Part shown: piece by piece, positions 10,968-22,567 of the stretch
Layout of the letters: the number at the start of each line of letters is the position of its first letter
How positions within the stretch are numbered: position 1 is the first letter of the stretch
Assembly: GCA_043228905.1 (NCBI GenBank)
Contig: JBHGNT010000003.1
Coordinates: 3,286,001 to 3,350,000, forward strand
Length of the DNA stretch: 64,000 bases
Direction of reading: 5' to 3'
DNA from: Azolla caroliniana
Taxonomy: Eukaryota; Plantae; Polypodiophyta
The notes under the pieces: generated by a model
Seen by the model: the letters and a program-made list of their open reading frames with translations, nothing else
Database searches by the model: none
What the model was told of the DNA's origin: nothing
Program-made: the position numbers and the translations under genes

Positions 10968-13645
10968 CATGGTATCAGAGCGCAAGGGTTGAGACTCCTC
11001 CGCAACCGACAAAAAAGCTTGTTATAAAGATAAAGTTAAGTTATTATTTTCGGAAAGGATAAGACAACAATATGGACAGAGTAATGGGAAGCTCGCTACC
11101 GACTGAGAAGCTCGACAGGAGCAACTACGCATCTTGGTCTTACAAGATGCACTAGTACTTGCTCGGTCATGGTTACTTGAGTTACGTTGAAGAAGTTATT
11201 GATATAGCACCCGAATCGACACACAAAGATTTTTCAGCTTGGGAACAAGCGACAAGTAGAGTTCTTTACTGCTTTGCGTCCTGTGTGAGCCATCAACTAC
11301 TGAGTCATATTTGGGATGCTAAGACGCCAAAGGACGCGTGGGCGAATCTCAAAAGGATTTTCGCCGCAAGCACAATGGCCAGGAAGTTGCAACTCAGATA
11401 GAAGCTTAGCAATGTTCGACAAAAAGATATGTCTGTGGCCGATTACACGACTCGAATCAAGGAAATCTGTGACTCACTCGCCTCTATCAATGTGAACATC
11501 GAGGAGCACGAGATGGTGCAAGTGTGACTTGGAGGGCTAGCATCCAAGTTCAGAGCTTTCCGAATAGTGGTCTGCACGAGGGAGAATACACCTTCGTTCT
11601 TCGAGCTTCAGTCGATGTTGTTTGTGGAGGAAAATCAAGCGGGTGCGTCGACGAGTACGCATGCTGACAACAAGATGATGTACACGAAGGAAGATAGGCC
11701 TTGTGGTCATGGTGGACGAGCCGGATCGGCGTGTAATGGAGGCGGCCGAAAGGAGCAGAACGTACGGCATAATCGAAATGCCGAAAGCAGTTCCGAACCC
11801 TCCGGAAGCAGGGGGAGTCATGGCGGCGCTGGAAGCCGACGAGAGAAGGTCTTGACGGAATGCTGGTACTGTGGCAAGAAAGGCCACAGGGAGGGTGTTG
11901 GAAGAAGAGATCCGATTCAGACAAAGCCGGATCAAACGGAAGAGACGTAGGAAGGCGTCAAAAATCACACTACGCCAAAGGCTCCGAACGAGCTGGAAAT
12001 GGATCGGGCCCAGCCTTCGTAATGAATCACAAGGCCAATTCGATGGCCGTGAACACCTCTAAATCGAGTGAGGTGTGGTATGTTGATTCTAGAGCGTCAA
12101 ATCATATGACGAGTAATGAGGAATGGTTCTCGTACTTGGAGAAACCGGAAACTCCGCATACCATCAAACATGTTGGTGAAGTTCCCCTCAGCCATGTCGG
12201 GCAGAAAGGGAAGCTCATGAACGTGCTCCACGTCCTGAAAATAACCAAGAACCTGGTGTTGGTCGGTCAGATTGTCGACCAGGGGATGCAAGTTTGATTC
12301 ATGTACCTCGGGTGCTACATCGAAGAAGAAGGCCAAGTTATCGCGCAAGGGCGCCGTGAAGGGAGGATGTTTATCCTCGACACCAATCAAGCTGAAACCG
12401 TGCGGTTCATGAAAGGACAGAAGGTTCAGCCACGTTAACTTCCCACGGCTTAGTGAAATGCAGACGAAGAAGATTGTTTTCGGGTTGCCAAAATTTCGGG
12501 GCCGGAATGGCCAAGTCTGTGAAGCTTGTCCACTCGGGAAGCAACACCGACTTCCATTCCCCAATGAGCGTAATCATAGCCGAAATCTGTTGGATTTCAT
12601 CCATTCGGATGTGTGGGGACTGGCACAAAATGTGAGTCTCGGTGGAAGCCGTTACTTTGTAACCTTCATCGATGACTTCACTTGGCACACCTGGGCATGC
12701 TTGATCGCAAAAAAGAGCGAAGTATTCATGTGTTTCCTGAAGGTGAAGAGCCTTGTGGAAAGGGAAACTGGGCGTAAGATCAAGTGCCTCAGGTATGATG
12801 GTGGGAAGGAGTACTTCTCTGACTAGTTCATGAGTTATCTACAAAAGGAGGGAATTCGACGCAAATTCTCGTGTAGATATACGCCGGAGTAGAACGGCGT
12901 AGCTGAGTGGAAGAATTGGACAATTGAAGAAGTGGCGAGGGCAATGCTCGAAGAGAAGTATATGCCGAAATTTTACTAGGCCGAAGCCGTGAGAGCGGTT
13001 GTTTACTTGCAGAATTGGATTTCTGCTAATAAATTTTACTGGGCCGAAGCCGTGAGAGCGGTTGTTTACTTGCAGAATTGGACTTCTACTTGTTGCGAAC
13101 TCGACGTTCCTTATGTCCGACGCTCGGCCACAACCGAGATTCTTTTCATACACAGAAAACAGGTAATGAGACGCGACACAAAAGAGGAGAAGAAGAGGAG
13201 AAATGGTACACAGGAGGTATACGTGGAAAACCCCAAAATAGGGGAAAAACCACGGCAGCCCACAAGCTGCAAACTGTCACTATGCAGAAATATACAACAG
13301 TGAGATCACTGAGACAACGACCTCGTGTTCTCAGATCTTCGCCACAGGCGGCGGTTACAACAGAGGCAACGACCTCGTCTCTCTCTCTCTCTCTCTCTCT
13401 CTCTATACAGTTGCGCGCTCTGATTTCTTCTTGCACACCAACAAGAAAGAATAACAACAAGAATGACAACAGTTACTAAAAAGTTTGCCCTAAGTCATAT
13501 TTATACTAATATGACTTTTCGGCTATTTACAAATGTAGCCTCGATGGGCTCCATCCGGCTCTCCGCAGTCGGGTACTCCTCATCCGTTCTCGGTCGTGTG
13601 GATCTTCGTCAGTGCGAACTCTTGGTCATCTACCCTTTCCCGAAT

Positions 13646-16600
13646 CTAGTGATACCTCCGCTGGATATGCTTCGTCCGGGAATGGTAGGCCGCATTCTTA
13701 GCAAGGTGGATGGCACTTTGACTGTCGCAATAGAGTCGGTATTCCTCTTGCCGGATACCGAGCTCTCCGATGAAGTCCTTCATCCATAATATTTCCTTAC
13801 CGGCTTCCACAGCCGCCATGTACTCCGCCTCTGTGGTTGACAATGCAACTGTCTTTTGCAGCCTTGACTGCCACGAGACAGCTCCCCCTGCATATGTCAT
13901 CACATACCCGGATGTAGACCGGCTGGTATCCACATCAGCCGACATGTCCGAATCGGTGAAACCATCCAGTTGAGGTTTTCCGGTGCCGAATCGGAGACAC
14001 ATATTTGAAGTGCCCTTCAAATACCGGAGTATCCATTTGACAGCGTTCCAATGCTCCTTGCCGGGATTACTCATGAACCGGCTCACCACTCCGACTGCGT
14101 ATCCAATGTCCGGTCGGGTACAAACCATTGCGTACATCAAGCTCCCGACGGCAGAGGCATATGGAAACTTCATCATATCTGCCTTCTCTCCTTTTGTCTT
14201 CGAGCTTTGCTTGCCGGACAACTTGCAGTTTGACGGTAGTGTCGATCCGACCGGTTTTGCATCTGACATGTTGAACTGGTGAAGCACCTTTGTCACATAC
14301 TTCTCCTGTGACAGCCATAGTTGCTTCACTGACCGGTCCCGAATGATGTGCATCCCCAACATCTGTCTTGCCGGACCCAGGTCTTTCATTGAGAAGGTCC
14401 GGTTGAGAGCCTTCTTCAGCATCCGTATTTTGCCTTGGTCTCGTCCGACGATCAACATGTCATCCACGTACAGGAGGAGTATCAGGAAATCCCCTCCTTC
14501 GAACTTCTTCACAAACACGCAGTGATCGGCCCGCGTCTTGTGGTACCCTTGATCGGTCATGAAGGAGTCGAACTTCCGATACCATTGCCGGGGAGCCTGC
14601 TTCAGTCCGTACAGGCTCTTCTTCAACCGGTATACCAGGTGCTCCTTCCCTTTCTCCACAAATCCTTCCGGTTGCTGCATGTAGATTTCCTCTTCGAGGT
14701 CGCCGTGGAGGAATGCCGTCTTCACGTCTAGCTGCTCTACCTCGAGATCCATGCTTGCTGCTATACTCAGCACCGTCCGGATGGAGGTCATCTTTACTAC
14801 CGGGGCGAATATTTCGTTGAAGTCCACACCCTTCTTCTGCTGGAATCCCTTCACCACGATCCTGGCTTTGTATCTCGGGGGGTTGCCGGCATCTCCTGGT
14901 TTCAACTTGAATACCCACTTGTTTCGGAGTGCCCGCTTTCCTTTCGGCAGCTCCACCAATTCGTACGTATGGTTCTCATGCAGGGAATCCATCTCATCCT
15001 GCATGGCACTTAACCATTTTCGGCTGTGGGTGTCAACCTTCGCTTCTTCGAAGCTTTCCGGCTCCCCCTCATCGGTTAGCAGGACATGCTCTGCATCCGG
15101 AAATCTCCGGGGCGCCCTTCTCTCTCTGAGAGGATATCTACGTCTTCGGGCTTCGGTAATCGGCTCCTCCATTTGCTCTTCATCCGAATCCGATTCGGGG
15201 TCTTGACCGGTTTCGGTCTCAGCTTCCTCTACTTCTTCTTCTGCCGGTTTGGTATCCTCACCGTAACCGGCTGGTTCCTCGAGTGCTAACCGGTCTCTTG
15301 CTGGTTGGGTCTGCTCATTGTAGAGTCTATCCTTACCGGTCGACTCGGAGTTCACTATCTTCTTCTCCGACTCCCAGTCGGCGAGTGTCTTGTCCTCCAT
15401 GAAGATAATATCTCGACTCCGGAATACCTTCTTGTCGACCGGGTCCCACACTCGGTAGTCGATCTCATCGTCACCGTAACCGAGGAATATGCATGGCCGG
15501 GTCTTTGGATCTAGCTTTCCTCTCCGGTCCTTTGCTACATGCACGTACGCGAGACACCCGAACACCCTTAGATGCCGGTAGGACACTTCCTTACCGGTCC
15601 ATACTCTCTGTGGCGTGTCTCCGTCCAAGGGTACTGAGGGTGATCTGTTTATCACATATGTCGCCGTCGACAGTGCCTCAGCCCAAAACTTCTTGGGTAG
15701 TTTTGCATGCGCTAGCATACTCCGGACCCTCTCCATTATGGTCCGGTTCATCCTCTCGGCCAGTCTGTTTAGCTCCGGCGTCTTCGGCACGGTAAATTCG
15801 AGCCGGATTCCCTTCGAGCGGCAGTACTCCTCGAACTGCCCCTGGTACTCACCTCCGTTATCTGCTCGAACCGCCTTCAGCTTCCGGCCGGTTTCTCTTT
15901 CCACTCTCGTGTGGAGCTCTTTGAAGACGGATAACACCTGATCCTTCATCTTCAGCGGTGTGGCCCACAGCTTCCAGCTGTGGTCATCTATGAACGTCAC
16001 GAAGTACTGCGCTCCGGCATGTGACTTCGTGTCTACTTGACACACATCCGTATGCACCAGCTCCAGTGGTGCATTACGTCTCATCGGTGGCCTTGGTCGG
16101 AAGGAGGTCCGGTTCTGCTTGCCGGCCAGACAATCAGTGCACTTTTCTAAGTGCACGTTCTTCACTGGAATGAGGTTGTCGTCTCCAAGCCTCTTCATCC
16201 CCTTCTCACTCATGTGACATAGCCTCTTGTGCCACAGTTCACCGGCAGTGTCGGAGGCCACGTTCACTTCTTCCGGACATAACCGGGCATTCATCAGGTA
16301 CAATGTGTTTACCTTCCGGGCCCGAGCCACAATCAGGCTCCCTTTGCTGAACTTCATGACACCATTCCGGATGCTACCCGTGTAGCCTTCATCATCTAGC
16401 CTACCGGCTGATATCAGGTTCAGACGAACTTCCGGAACGTGTCGGACATCTTTCAACAGCAACTTACATCCGGTTGGTGTTGTCAGCCACATGTCTCCTA
16501 TGCCGACAATTCGGCATGTTCCTTCATTCCCCATCCGGACACAGCCGTGATCACCGGCTGAGTAGGATGAGAAGCATTTCCGGTCCGGGGTAAGGTGGAA

Positions 16601-17554
16601 CGACGCTCCGGAGTCTACCACCCAGGTCATCTCATCGCCGGCATGGTTTATCTCACTCTCTTCGGTGATGAGCATCAACTCCTCTTCACTTGCCGCAATT
16701 GCCGTCATTCCCTTCCGGTCCGGCCCCCTCCGGTCTTTACCGTTCCGGTCTGTACCGTTCCGGTTCGGGGTTTGCTTCGAATCGGTACCGTTGGTTTCCT
16801 TGTCTTTATGGAAATGCCGACAGTTCTTTTGGAAGTGTCCCGGCTTGCCGCAATAGAAGCAAGTCGGCCTCCCCCTTGTCTTTGATCGTGTCCCCGACTT
16901 CTCCCGGTTCTGGGGACTATGGTTTCTATGTCTTCCGCGTTCCGATTCGGTAAGGAGCGCTTTGGAGTCGGAGCTCGTATCTTTGTCTTTCCGACGAGCC
17001 TCCTCATCTAGCAAGCTCGATTTTACTCTTGCTAGGGATAACCGTTTTCCTTCCGGCCCGGCGTTGCCCAAAGTAACAACTAATGTCTCCCAGCTATCCG
17101 GGAGGGAACCGAGCAGGAGTAGCGCTAGGACCTCATCGGCAAGAGGTACTTCCAATGACGTTGCCTGGTGAATCAGCCCTTGGAAGGCATTCATATGCTC
17201 CGCCATGCTGGAGCCATCTTGGTACCGGAGTCTTACAAGCTTCCGGAATACCGACACCTGATTGACAGCATTTTTGTTCTGGAACATTGTGCCGATCTTC
17301 TCCCAGAGCTCATGAGCCTTACTCTCTTCATTGAAGTTGTTGTACAGGCTCATGTCGATGAAGCACCGTATGTACGCCGTTGTCTTCATGTGCATCACCT
17401 CCCATATCGCGGCGTCGATTTTGTCCGGTCTCTTGTCCCCGAACTGAACCGGCAGCCAGAGGTCTTTAACCACGAGCATGTCCCTCATCTTCGACTTCCA
17501 CACTGAATAGTTGGAGCCGGTGAGCTTGAACATGCCGCCAAACGATTCGTCCAT
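13646..17554 (-). CDS. Copia Gag-Pol polyprotein with a premature stop near the end of RNase H
   Basis: CFYCGKPGHFQKNC, WVVDSGAS, integrase DDE, YVDD, FTDSD; TAG replaces the Trp found in the 52525 paralogue. Confidence 0.92.
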   Translation of the reverse strand: MDESFGGMFKLTGSNYSVWKSKMRDMLVVKDLWLPVQFGDKRPDKIDAAIWEVMHMKTTAYIRCFIDMSLYNNFNEESKAHELWEKIGTMFQNKNAVNQVSVFRKLVRLRYQDGSSMAEHMNAFQGLIHQATSLEVPLADEVLALLLLGSLPDSWETLVVTLGNAGPEGKRLSLARVKSSLLDEEARRKDKDTSSDSKALLTESERGRHRNHSPQNREKSGTRSKTRGRPTCFYCGKPGHFQKNCRHFHKDKETNGTDSKQTPNRNGTDRNGKDRRGPDRKGMTAIAASEEELMLITEESEINHAGDEMTWVVDSGASFHLTPDRKCFSSYSAGDHGCVRMGNEGTCRIVGIGDMWLTTPTGCKLLLKDVRHVPEVRLNLISAGRLDDEGYTGSIRNGVMKFSKGSLIVARARKVNTLYLMNARLCPEEVNVASDTAGELWHKRLCHMSEKGMKRLGDDNLIPVKNVHLEKCTDCLAGKQNRTSFRPRPPMRRNAPLELVHTDVCQVDTKSHAGAQYFVTFIDDHSWKLWATPLKMKDQVLSVFKELHTRVERETGRKLKAVRADNGGEYQGQFEEYCRSKGIRLEFTVPKTPELNRLAERMNRTIMERVRSMLAHAKLPKKFWAEALSTATYVINRSPSVPLDGDTPQRVWTGKEVSYRHLRVFGCLAYVHVAKDRRGKLDPKTRPCIFLGYGDDEIDYRVWDPVDKKVFRSRDIIFMEDKTLADWESEKKIVNSESTGKDRLYNEQTQPARDRLALEEPAGYGEDTKPAEEEVEEAETETGQDPESDSDEEQMEEPITEARRRRYPLRERRAPRRFPDAEHVLLTDEGEPESFEEAKVDTHSRKWLSAMQDEMDSLHENHTYELVELPKGKRALRNKWVFKLKPGDAGNPPRYKARIVVKGFQQKKGVDFNEIFAPVVKMTSIRTVLSIAASMDLEVEQLDVKTAFLHGDLEEEIYMQQPEGFVEKGKEHLVYRLKKSLYGLKQAPRQWYRKFDSFMTDQGYHKTRADHCVFVKKFEGGDFLILLLYVDDMLIVGRDQGKIRMLKKALNRTFSMKDLGPARQMLGMHIIRDRSVKQLWLSQEKYVTKVLHQFNMSDAKPVGSTLPSNCKLSGKQSSKTKGEKADMMKFPYASAVGSLMYAMVCTRPDIGYAVGVVSRFMSNPGKEHWNAVKWILRYLKGTSNMCLRFGTGKPQLDGFTDSDMSADVDTSRSTSGYVMTYAGGAVSWQSRLQKTVALSTTEAEYMAAVEAGKEILWMKDFIGELGIRQEEYRLYCDSQSAIHLAKNAAYHSRTKHIQRRYH

Positions 17555-17584
17555 TTTCTGTGTCGATTTTGCTCTGATACCACT

Positions 17585-17870
17585 TGTTGCGAACTCGACG
17601 TTCCTTATGTCCGACGCTCGGCCACAACCGAGATTCTTTTCATACACAGAAAACAGGTAATGAGACGCGACACAAAAGAGGAGAAGAAGAGGAGAAATGG
17701 TACACAGGAGGTATACGTGGAAAACCCCAAAATAGGGGAAAAACCACGGCAGCCCACAAGCTGCAAACTGTCACTATGCAGAAATATACAACAGTGAGAT
17801 CACTGAGACAACGACCTCGTGTTCTCAGATCTTCGCCACAGGCGGCGGTTACAACAGAGGCAACGACCTC

Positions 17871-17903
<33 letters not shown>

Positions 17904-18257
17904 CAGTTGCGCGCTCTGATTTCTTCTTGCACACCAACAAGAAAGAATAACAACAAGAATGACAACAGTTACTAAAAAGTTTGCCCTAAGTCATATTTAT
18001 ACTAATATGACTTTTCGGCTATTTACAAATGTAGCCTCGATGGGCTCCATCCGGCTCTCCGCAGTCGGGTACTCCTCATCCGGTTCATACCGGGCCTACA
18101 CCATCCGACTCTCCAAAGTCGGGTTCTCCTCATTCGGTTCATACCGGGCCTACACCATCCGACTCTCCGAAGTCGGGTTCTCCCTATTCGGTTCATACCG
18201 TTTGTTCGTCGGCACTGTTCTTCTCCCTTCCCATCCGGAGGGACCTGTCTACCAACA
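17585..18257 (-). repeat. 5' LTR of the Tnt1-like copia; ~54-bp tandem repeat x3 at ~18047-18200 and a CT microsatellite
   Basis: Matches 13091-13586; repeat unit CCATCCGACTCTCC...GGGCCTACA. Confidence 0.92.
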
Positions 18258-19770
18258 CTACTAATGGAGGAGTGTTGCCACATGAATTATACTTCGGAAA
18301 GAAGCCGAACTTGGCGCACTTGAGGATTTTCGGCAGCATCACGTACGTGCATGTGCTGAAGGAGAAATGGAGGAAGTTGGACGCCAAAGCCAAAAACTGC
18401 AACTTAGTCGGCTATTCAGACAAACAAAAGGGGTATAAGTGCTATAACCCCCGAACAAAGGAAGTTCGCATAAGCCGAGATGTCGTGTTCGATGAGTCTG
18501 CTTCGTGGTACTTGCCTTCGCCTCTAATCCCTGATGACTCCATTCCGAATTTTGAAGAAGAGGTCAATGAGACCGAACTGCCTCCGCATGATGAGGAAGT
18601 CGGAACTTTGAGAGAGAGTTCGATCTCATTTCGGCTAAGCGGGTCGAATGAGGGGTTGAGCCAAGATGGACAACTAAATGAAGAGCCGGCGAGTAGTGGA
18701 GACTCGGTTGTGCTATCCTCGCGTAAAGAACCGAGGAGATGGTTTACGCGTAAAGAAAAAGGGAAGAAGAAAATGTCGGAATATGATTTCGGCAATGCCG
18801 AGTCAGATCAAAGTGAGTCAAACTTTGGGCCAATTGAAAAGGAACCTCCACAGAATAGGTCGAAGTCGGGTGAGAAGCCCGTAAAATCGGGTAATCACGA
18901 ATTACGCCGATCTACCCACCTGAAGAACCCCGTAAAGAGATACGGGTATAATGAGTTCATGGTGCATCATTATGCATATATGACGTGAGTGGCGGAAGTG
19001 TGTGAGCTGGAGAGCTACGTAGAAGCAGCGGAAGATGTGAATTGGCGTGCCGCAATGGAGGAAGAGATGCGCGCTTTAACGGATAATGAGACTTGGGACC
19101 TGGTTGACACACCGAAGGGTGTAAAGACGATCAGATGCAGGTGGGTGTATAAGGTAAAATACAACACTGACGGCTTCGTCAATTGATATAAGGCCCAGCT
19201 AGTAGCGAAAGGCTACGTGGAGAAACATGACATCGATTATGACGAGAGATCCGCGCATGTCGCGAAGATGACTACTGTGTATGTCTTGCTAGCCGTAACA
19301 ACGGTGAAGGGGTGGCATCTACATTAGATGGATGTAAAGAATGCGTTCCTGCAAGGTGATCTTGAGGAACAAGTGTACATGGTACAACCCCCCGGATTTC
19401 TATCCGAACGGAACATTTCGGTAGTCTGTTGATTGAAGAAAGCGTTACACGGACTTAAGCAAGCCCCAAGAGCTTGGAATGCGAAGATTACACAACGATT
19501 GCGTAGAATGGGGTTTACGATGTCCAAATCGAACTCTTCGTTGTTTGTTCGGCAAGGTCGACATGGACCAGCTAGCCTTCTATTGTATGTTGCTGATTTA
19601 GTCATCGCCGGTGCCGACCTGGATGAAATCAACCATGTAAAATCTCAGCTCACGACATCATTCGAAATGAAGGATCTTGGCGACCTTCATTACTTCCTCG
19701 GGATCGAAGTGATCCGCACCCCCGAAGGCATACTGATCAACCAACATCAGTACGCGCTGAATATGCTTTT

Positions 19771-19809
19771 TGTAAACGTAAGTGTTTGCGGAAGCGTAAA
19801 ACAGAGAAC

Positions 19810-19871
<62 letters not shown>

Positions 19872-21681
19872 AGAACGTAATTTCAAAATTATATCAAGGC
19901 TCTGTACACACACTGTGCTAAGTAACACTATTTATACAAGTTCTCTTGGGATTGACAGAAGTACCATGTACTTCAATGCTCACACGAGCATCTGACACTT
20001 ACTACGAGACTATAGCTACCTAGTAGTCTATCCTATACTAGGCTTCCGATTGGACTTCCGGTTACGGATTGCACCCGGCCTCCACTGCTTGCCGGTTCGG
20101 TTGCTCATCATCATACCGATCTGTTTCGCCCGATCCGTCTCGCTTACCGGCTCCGGCTTATTTAGCCGATTTGGCTCCGGTTGAGCTTGCCGCTCAACAC
20201 TCCCCCTCAAGCTCAACCTGAGGTGCGGTCGTAGTGTCGACCTCTGTGACAGTCGGTTCTTTCAACCGACTTCTCCTGGCGTCACTCCGCCTTGCTCGCG
20301 CTCTGCGTGCCTCGACCCTCTCGGTCGGCATGTCTGCTCAATAGGCCCATCTTAGCACTCACGTTGCTGTGACTCCGGCGCTTGCCGATCCATCGGTTCT
20401 CCCACGATGGCATCGACTTTCGCTGTGTCCGTGTCCCCTTGGCCTTCAGTCGATCCGACTCATCCAGATCCATCTGTTGATCCGAGTCAGCTATCTTCGA
20501 CTCGTTCCAGCTCTTGTCCGAATCGGTACACTCCGATTCGACTTCCGGCTTCAGGCCTCTCACCACATCGGACCACTTCCGAGTCTGGGCCTTCTCCATG
20601 CTTCCCTCGTCTTCTTCAGCCGGTGAACCAAAATCGAATTCTTCATTCGACTCTGTATCATGATCAATACCATCGTGATGACCTCCACACAGCATGCACT
20701 TCTCTTCCTGAGTGCACAACTCTTCTTCACAGCCGCTTGCTCCGACCTGTTCGGATGTGTCAACTTCCTTCGTCGACTCGGCTTCCTTCATCTTCTTGTC
20801 TCCTCTTCTTCCGGCTCTCCTCTTACCGACGGGTTAAACAGTTTTTTGGCCTTTGCCCGTTTCGATAGAGACTTTGCCCTTGCTTCTCCCCCTCAAGTGC
20901 GGCACGTCGAGATGCTGAATACCAAGCATGTCGGTAAAGTGCTGTAACTTGTCCGATCCGAGCGGCTTGGTGAAGATTTCGACAACTTGCCGATCCGTAT
21001 GAACATACCATAGGTCAACTTCACCGCTCAGGACCCGCTCACGCACGATGTGGTAGTGCACCTCTATGTGCTTTGTGCAAGCATGGAACACAGGGTTCCT
21101 GGCGAGCTACAGGCTGCTCATGTTATCGTAGTAAATCGGGATCGGGGTCGGTACCTCGATCCGCAAGTCTCGCAGCAGTCGCCGAAGCCAGATGGCTTCA
21201 CAAGTGGCAACGGTAGCGGCCCGGTACTCAGCCTCAGTGCTTGACAAAGCCACTGTGGGCTGTTTCTTGCTACTCCACGCAACGACCGCGCTACCTATGG
21301 AGAACATGTATCCGGAAGTGGAGCGGCGATCAGACGCATCGCCGGCCCAGTCAGCATCTGTGTAACCGACAAGCTCTTCGAGTATACCTCGCCGGTATAG
21401 CAGTCCCCGGTCCTTAGTGCCGCTGACATACTGTAATATTCGTTGCGCGCACTGAAGGTGCTCCACGGTCGGCTTCTGCATGAACTGACTTACTATGCCG
21501 ACCGGATAGCTGATGTCGGGTCGAGTGATGGTTAAGTAGATCAGGCTTCGGACAACCAGTCAGAACCGTTTCTCATTGCAGGTCGGTCCGGAGTTGGGAC
21601 GGAGCTTCTGGTTCCGGTCTAGGGGTGTGGAGACAGGTCGGCAATCCGTCATGCCGAACTTATACAACATATTCAACACGT
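19771..21681 (-). mobile_element. 3' part of a copia element (same family as 48047-58989): RT end, RNase H, extension ORF, PPT, 3' LTR 19771-20199
   Basis: Highly similar to the reverse complement of ~57390-58989; YTDADWAG and KHIEVHYH motifs. Confidence 0.93.
20282..20791 (-). CDS. Extra ORF / Pol C-terminal extension of unknown function
   Basis: 169 aa, acidic then basic, with CMLCGGHHDG; in frame with pol; homologous to 58006-58572. Confidence 0.55.
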   Translation of the reverse strand: MKEAESTKEVDTSEQVGASGCEEELCTQEEKCMLCGGHHDGIDHDTESNEEFDFGSPAEEDEGSMEKAQTRKWSDVVRGLKPEVESECTDSDKSWNESKIADSDQQMDLDESDRLKAKGTRTQRKSMPSWENRWIGKRRSHSNVSAKMGLLSRHADREGRGTQSASKAE

Positions 21682-21746
21682 TGTCGTGAAGAATGTGCTT
21701 CACGATATAAAAATGAGCTTAAATGTTGTATTTAATAATATTTGAG

Positions 21747-21930
21747 AGACTTGAACCCACATCCTTATATACGAAGTAGAATGTACATACCACTAGGCTA
21801 GGCTATTTATTTATAAAAGTGTCTAATAAATGTGCTTCATGATATAAGAATGAAGCTATATATTGTATTAAGTGAGGGACTTGAACCCTCAACCTTGTAT
21901 ACCAAGCACCAAGCATACACCACTAAGCTA
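21747..21930 (-). promoter_or_regulatory. Two tandem tRNA-like A/B-box modules, antisense in the U3 of element G
   Basis: TAGCCTAGTGG...GGTTCAAGTCT (21747-21800) and TAGCTTAGTGG...GAGGG-TTCAAGT-CCCTC (21874-21930); repeated at 27681-27868. Confidence 0.7.
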
Positions 21931-22567
21931 GGTTAGTTATTTTAGAATGTATTTTCATCATTATAATTATCTCATATCTATTTTCATACATAGCCATCAT
22001 TCATCACATGCAATGCATGTGCGCCAAATGACGATCATGCATTACATGTAACTCATGCATTGCATGCATGCCATCCTCCCATACATTACCATATGCATGG
22101 CAACACTTATATAAAGAGGGGAAAGGGAAAACAAGGAGGGGAATCAAGAGAAAGTTAGAGAAATAAGATAATAATAAAAACAAACAAGTTAGCTTGTTGG
22201 TGAAGAGGTTCGTGTTTCAAAGTTGGAGTCAAGAGTTCGAATCAAGGGTCGGTAGAGAAAGGGTTCATCTTGCTACCAAACATTGTAAAGTTGGTAAAAT
22301 CTTGTATTCGTAATACACATCATGTTCATATCATATACTTTTTTGTCTTAAATCATACATTGTCTCTATCTTGTGTCTTGAATCATACATTGCCTCTATC
22401 TTTTATCTATACTAGTCTCTCTCTCACACATATTACTTTAAACTATTATTCTTCATATCCTTTATCTTCCTAACATTTGCACGCAAGCCTTATAAAAGTT
22501 CCTTAAACTCCCCTTAACCTTAGTCCCTGCGACTTCGCCGCACGAACCACAACTACCTCGACACATT

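Larger units (their letters stand above)
13091..18257 (-). mobile_element. Tnt1/Tork-like Ty1/copia; PPT and start of the 3' LTR deleted
   Basis: TSD CTACT at 13086-13090 and 18258-18262; 5' LTR 17585-18257; tRNA-iMet PBS 17571-17582; partial 3' LTR 13091-13586. Confidence 0.95.
4633..19770 (+). mobile_element. Degenerate Ty1/copia element E, hosting two nested insertions and cut off at 19770
   Basis: 5' LTR 4633-5029 (TG...CA); PBS TGGTATCAGAGC split by an insertion; gag from 11072; CWYCGKKGH knuckle; WYVDS protease; integrase; RT fragments to 19770; many stops. Confidence 0.88.

Noticed and set aside
18047-18200. CRISPR-like array
   Set aside because: Plain ~54-bp tandem repeat in U3 with no unique spacers, in a eukaryotic TE context
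19737-19995. RE/SL-repeat ORFs (also 13146-13469 and 58771-59220)
   Set aside because: Translations of GA/CT microsatellites inside LTRs
20282-20791. env-like gene
   Set aside because: No hydrophobic transmembrane or signal segment; the sequence is highly charged
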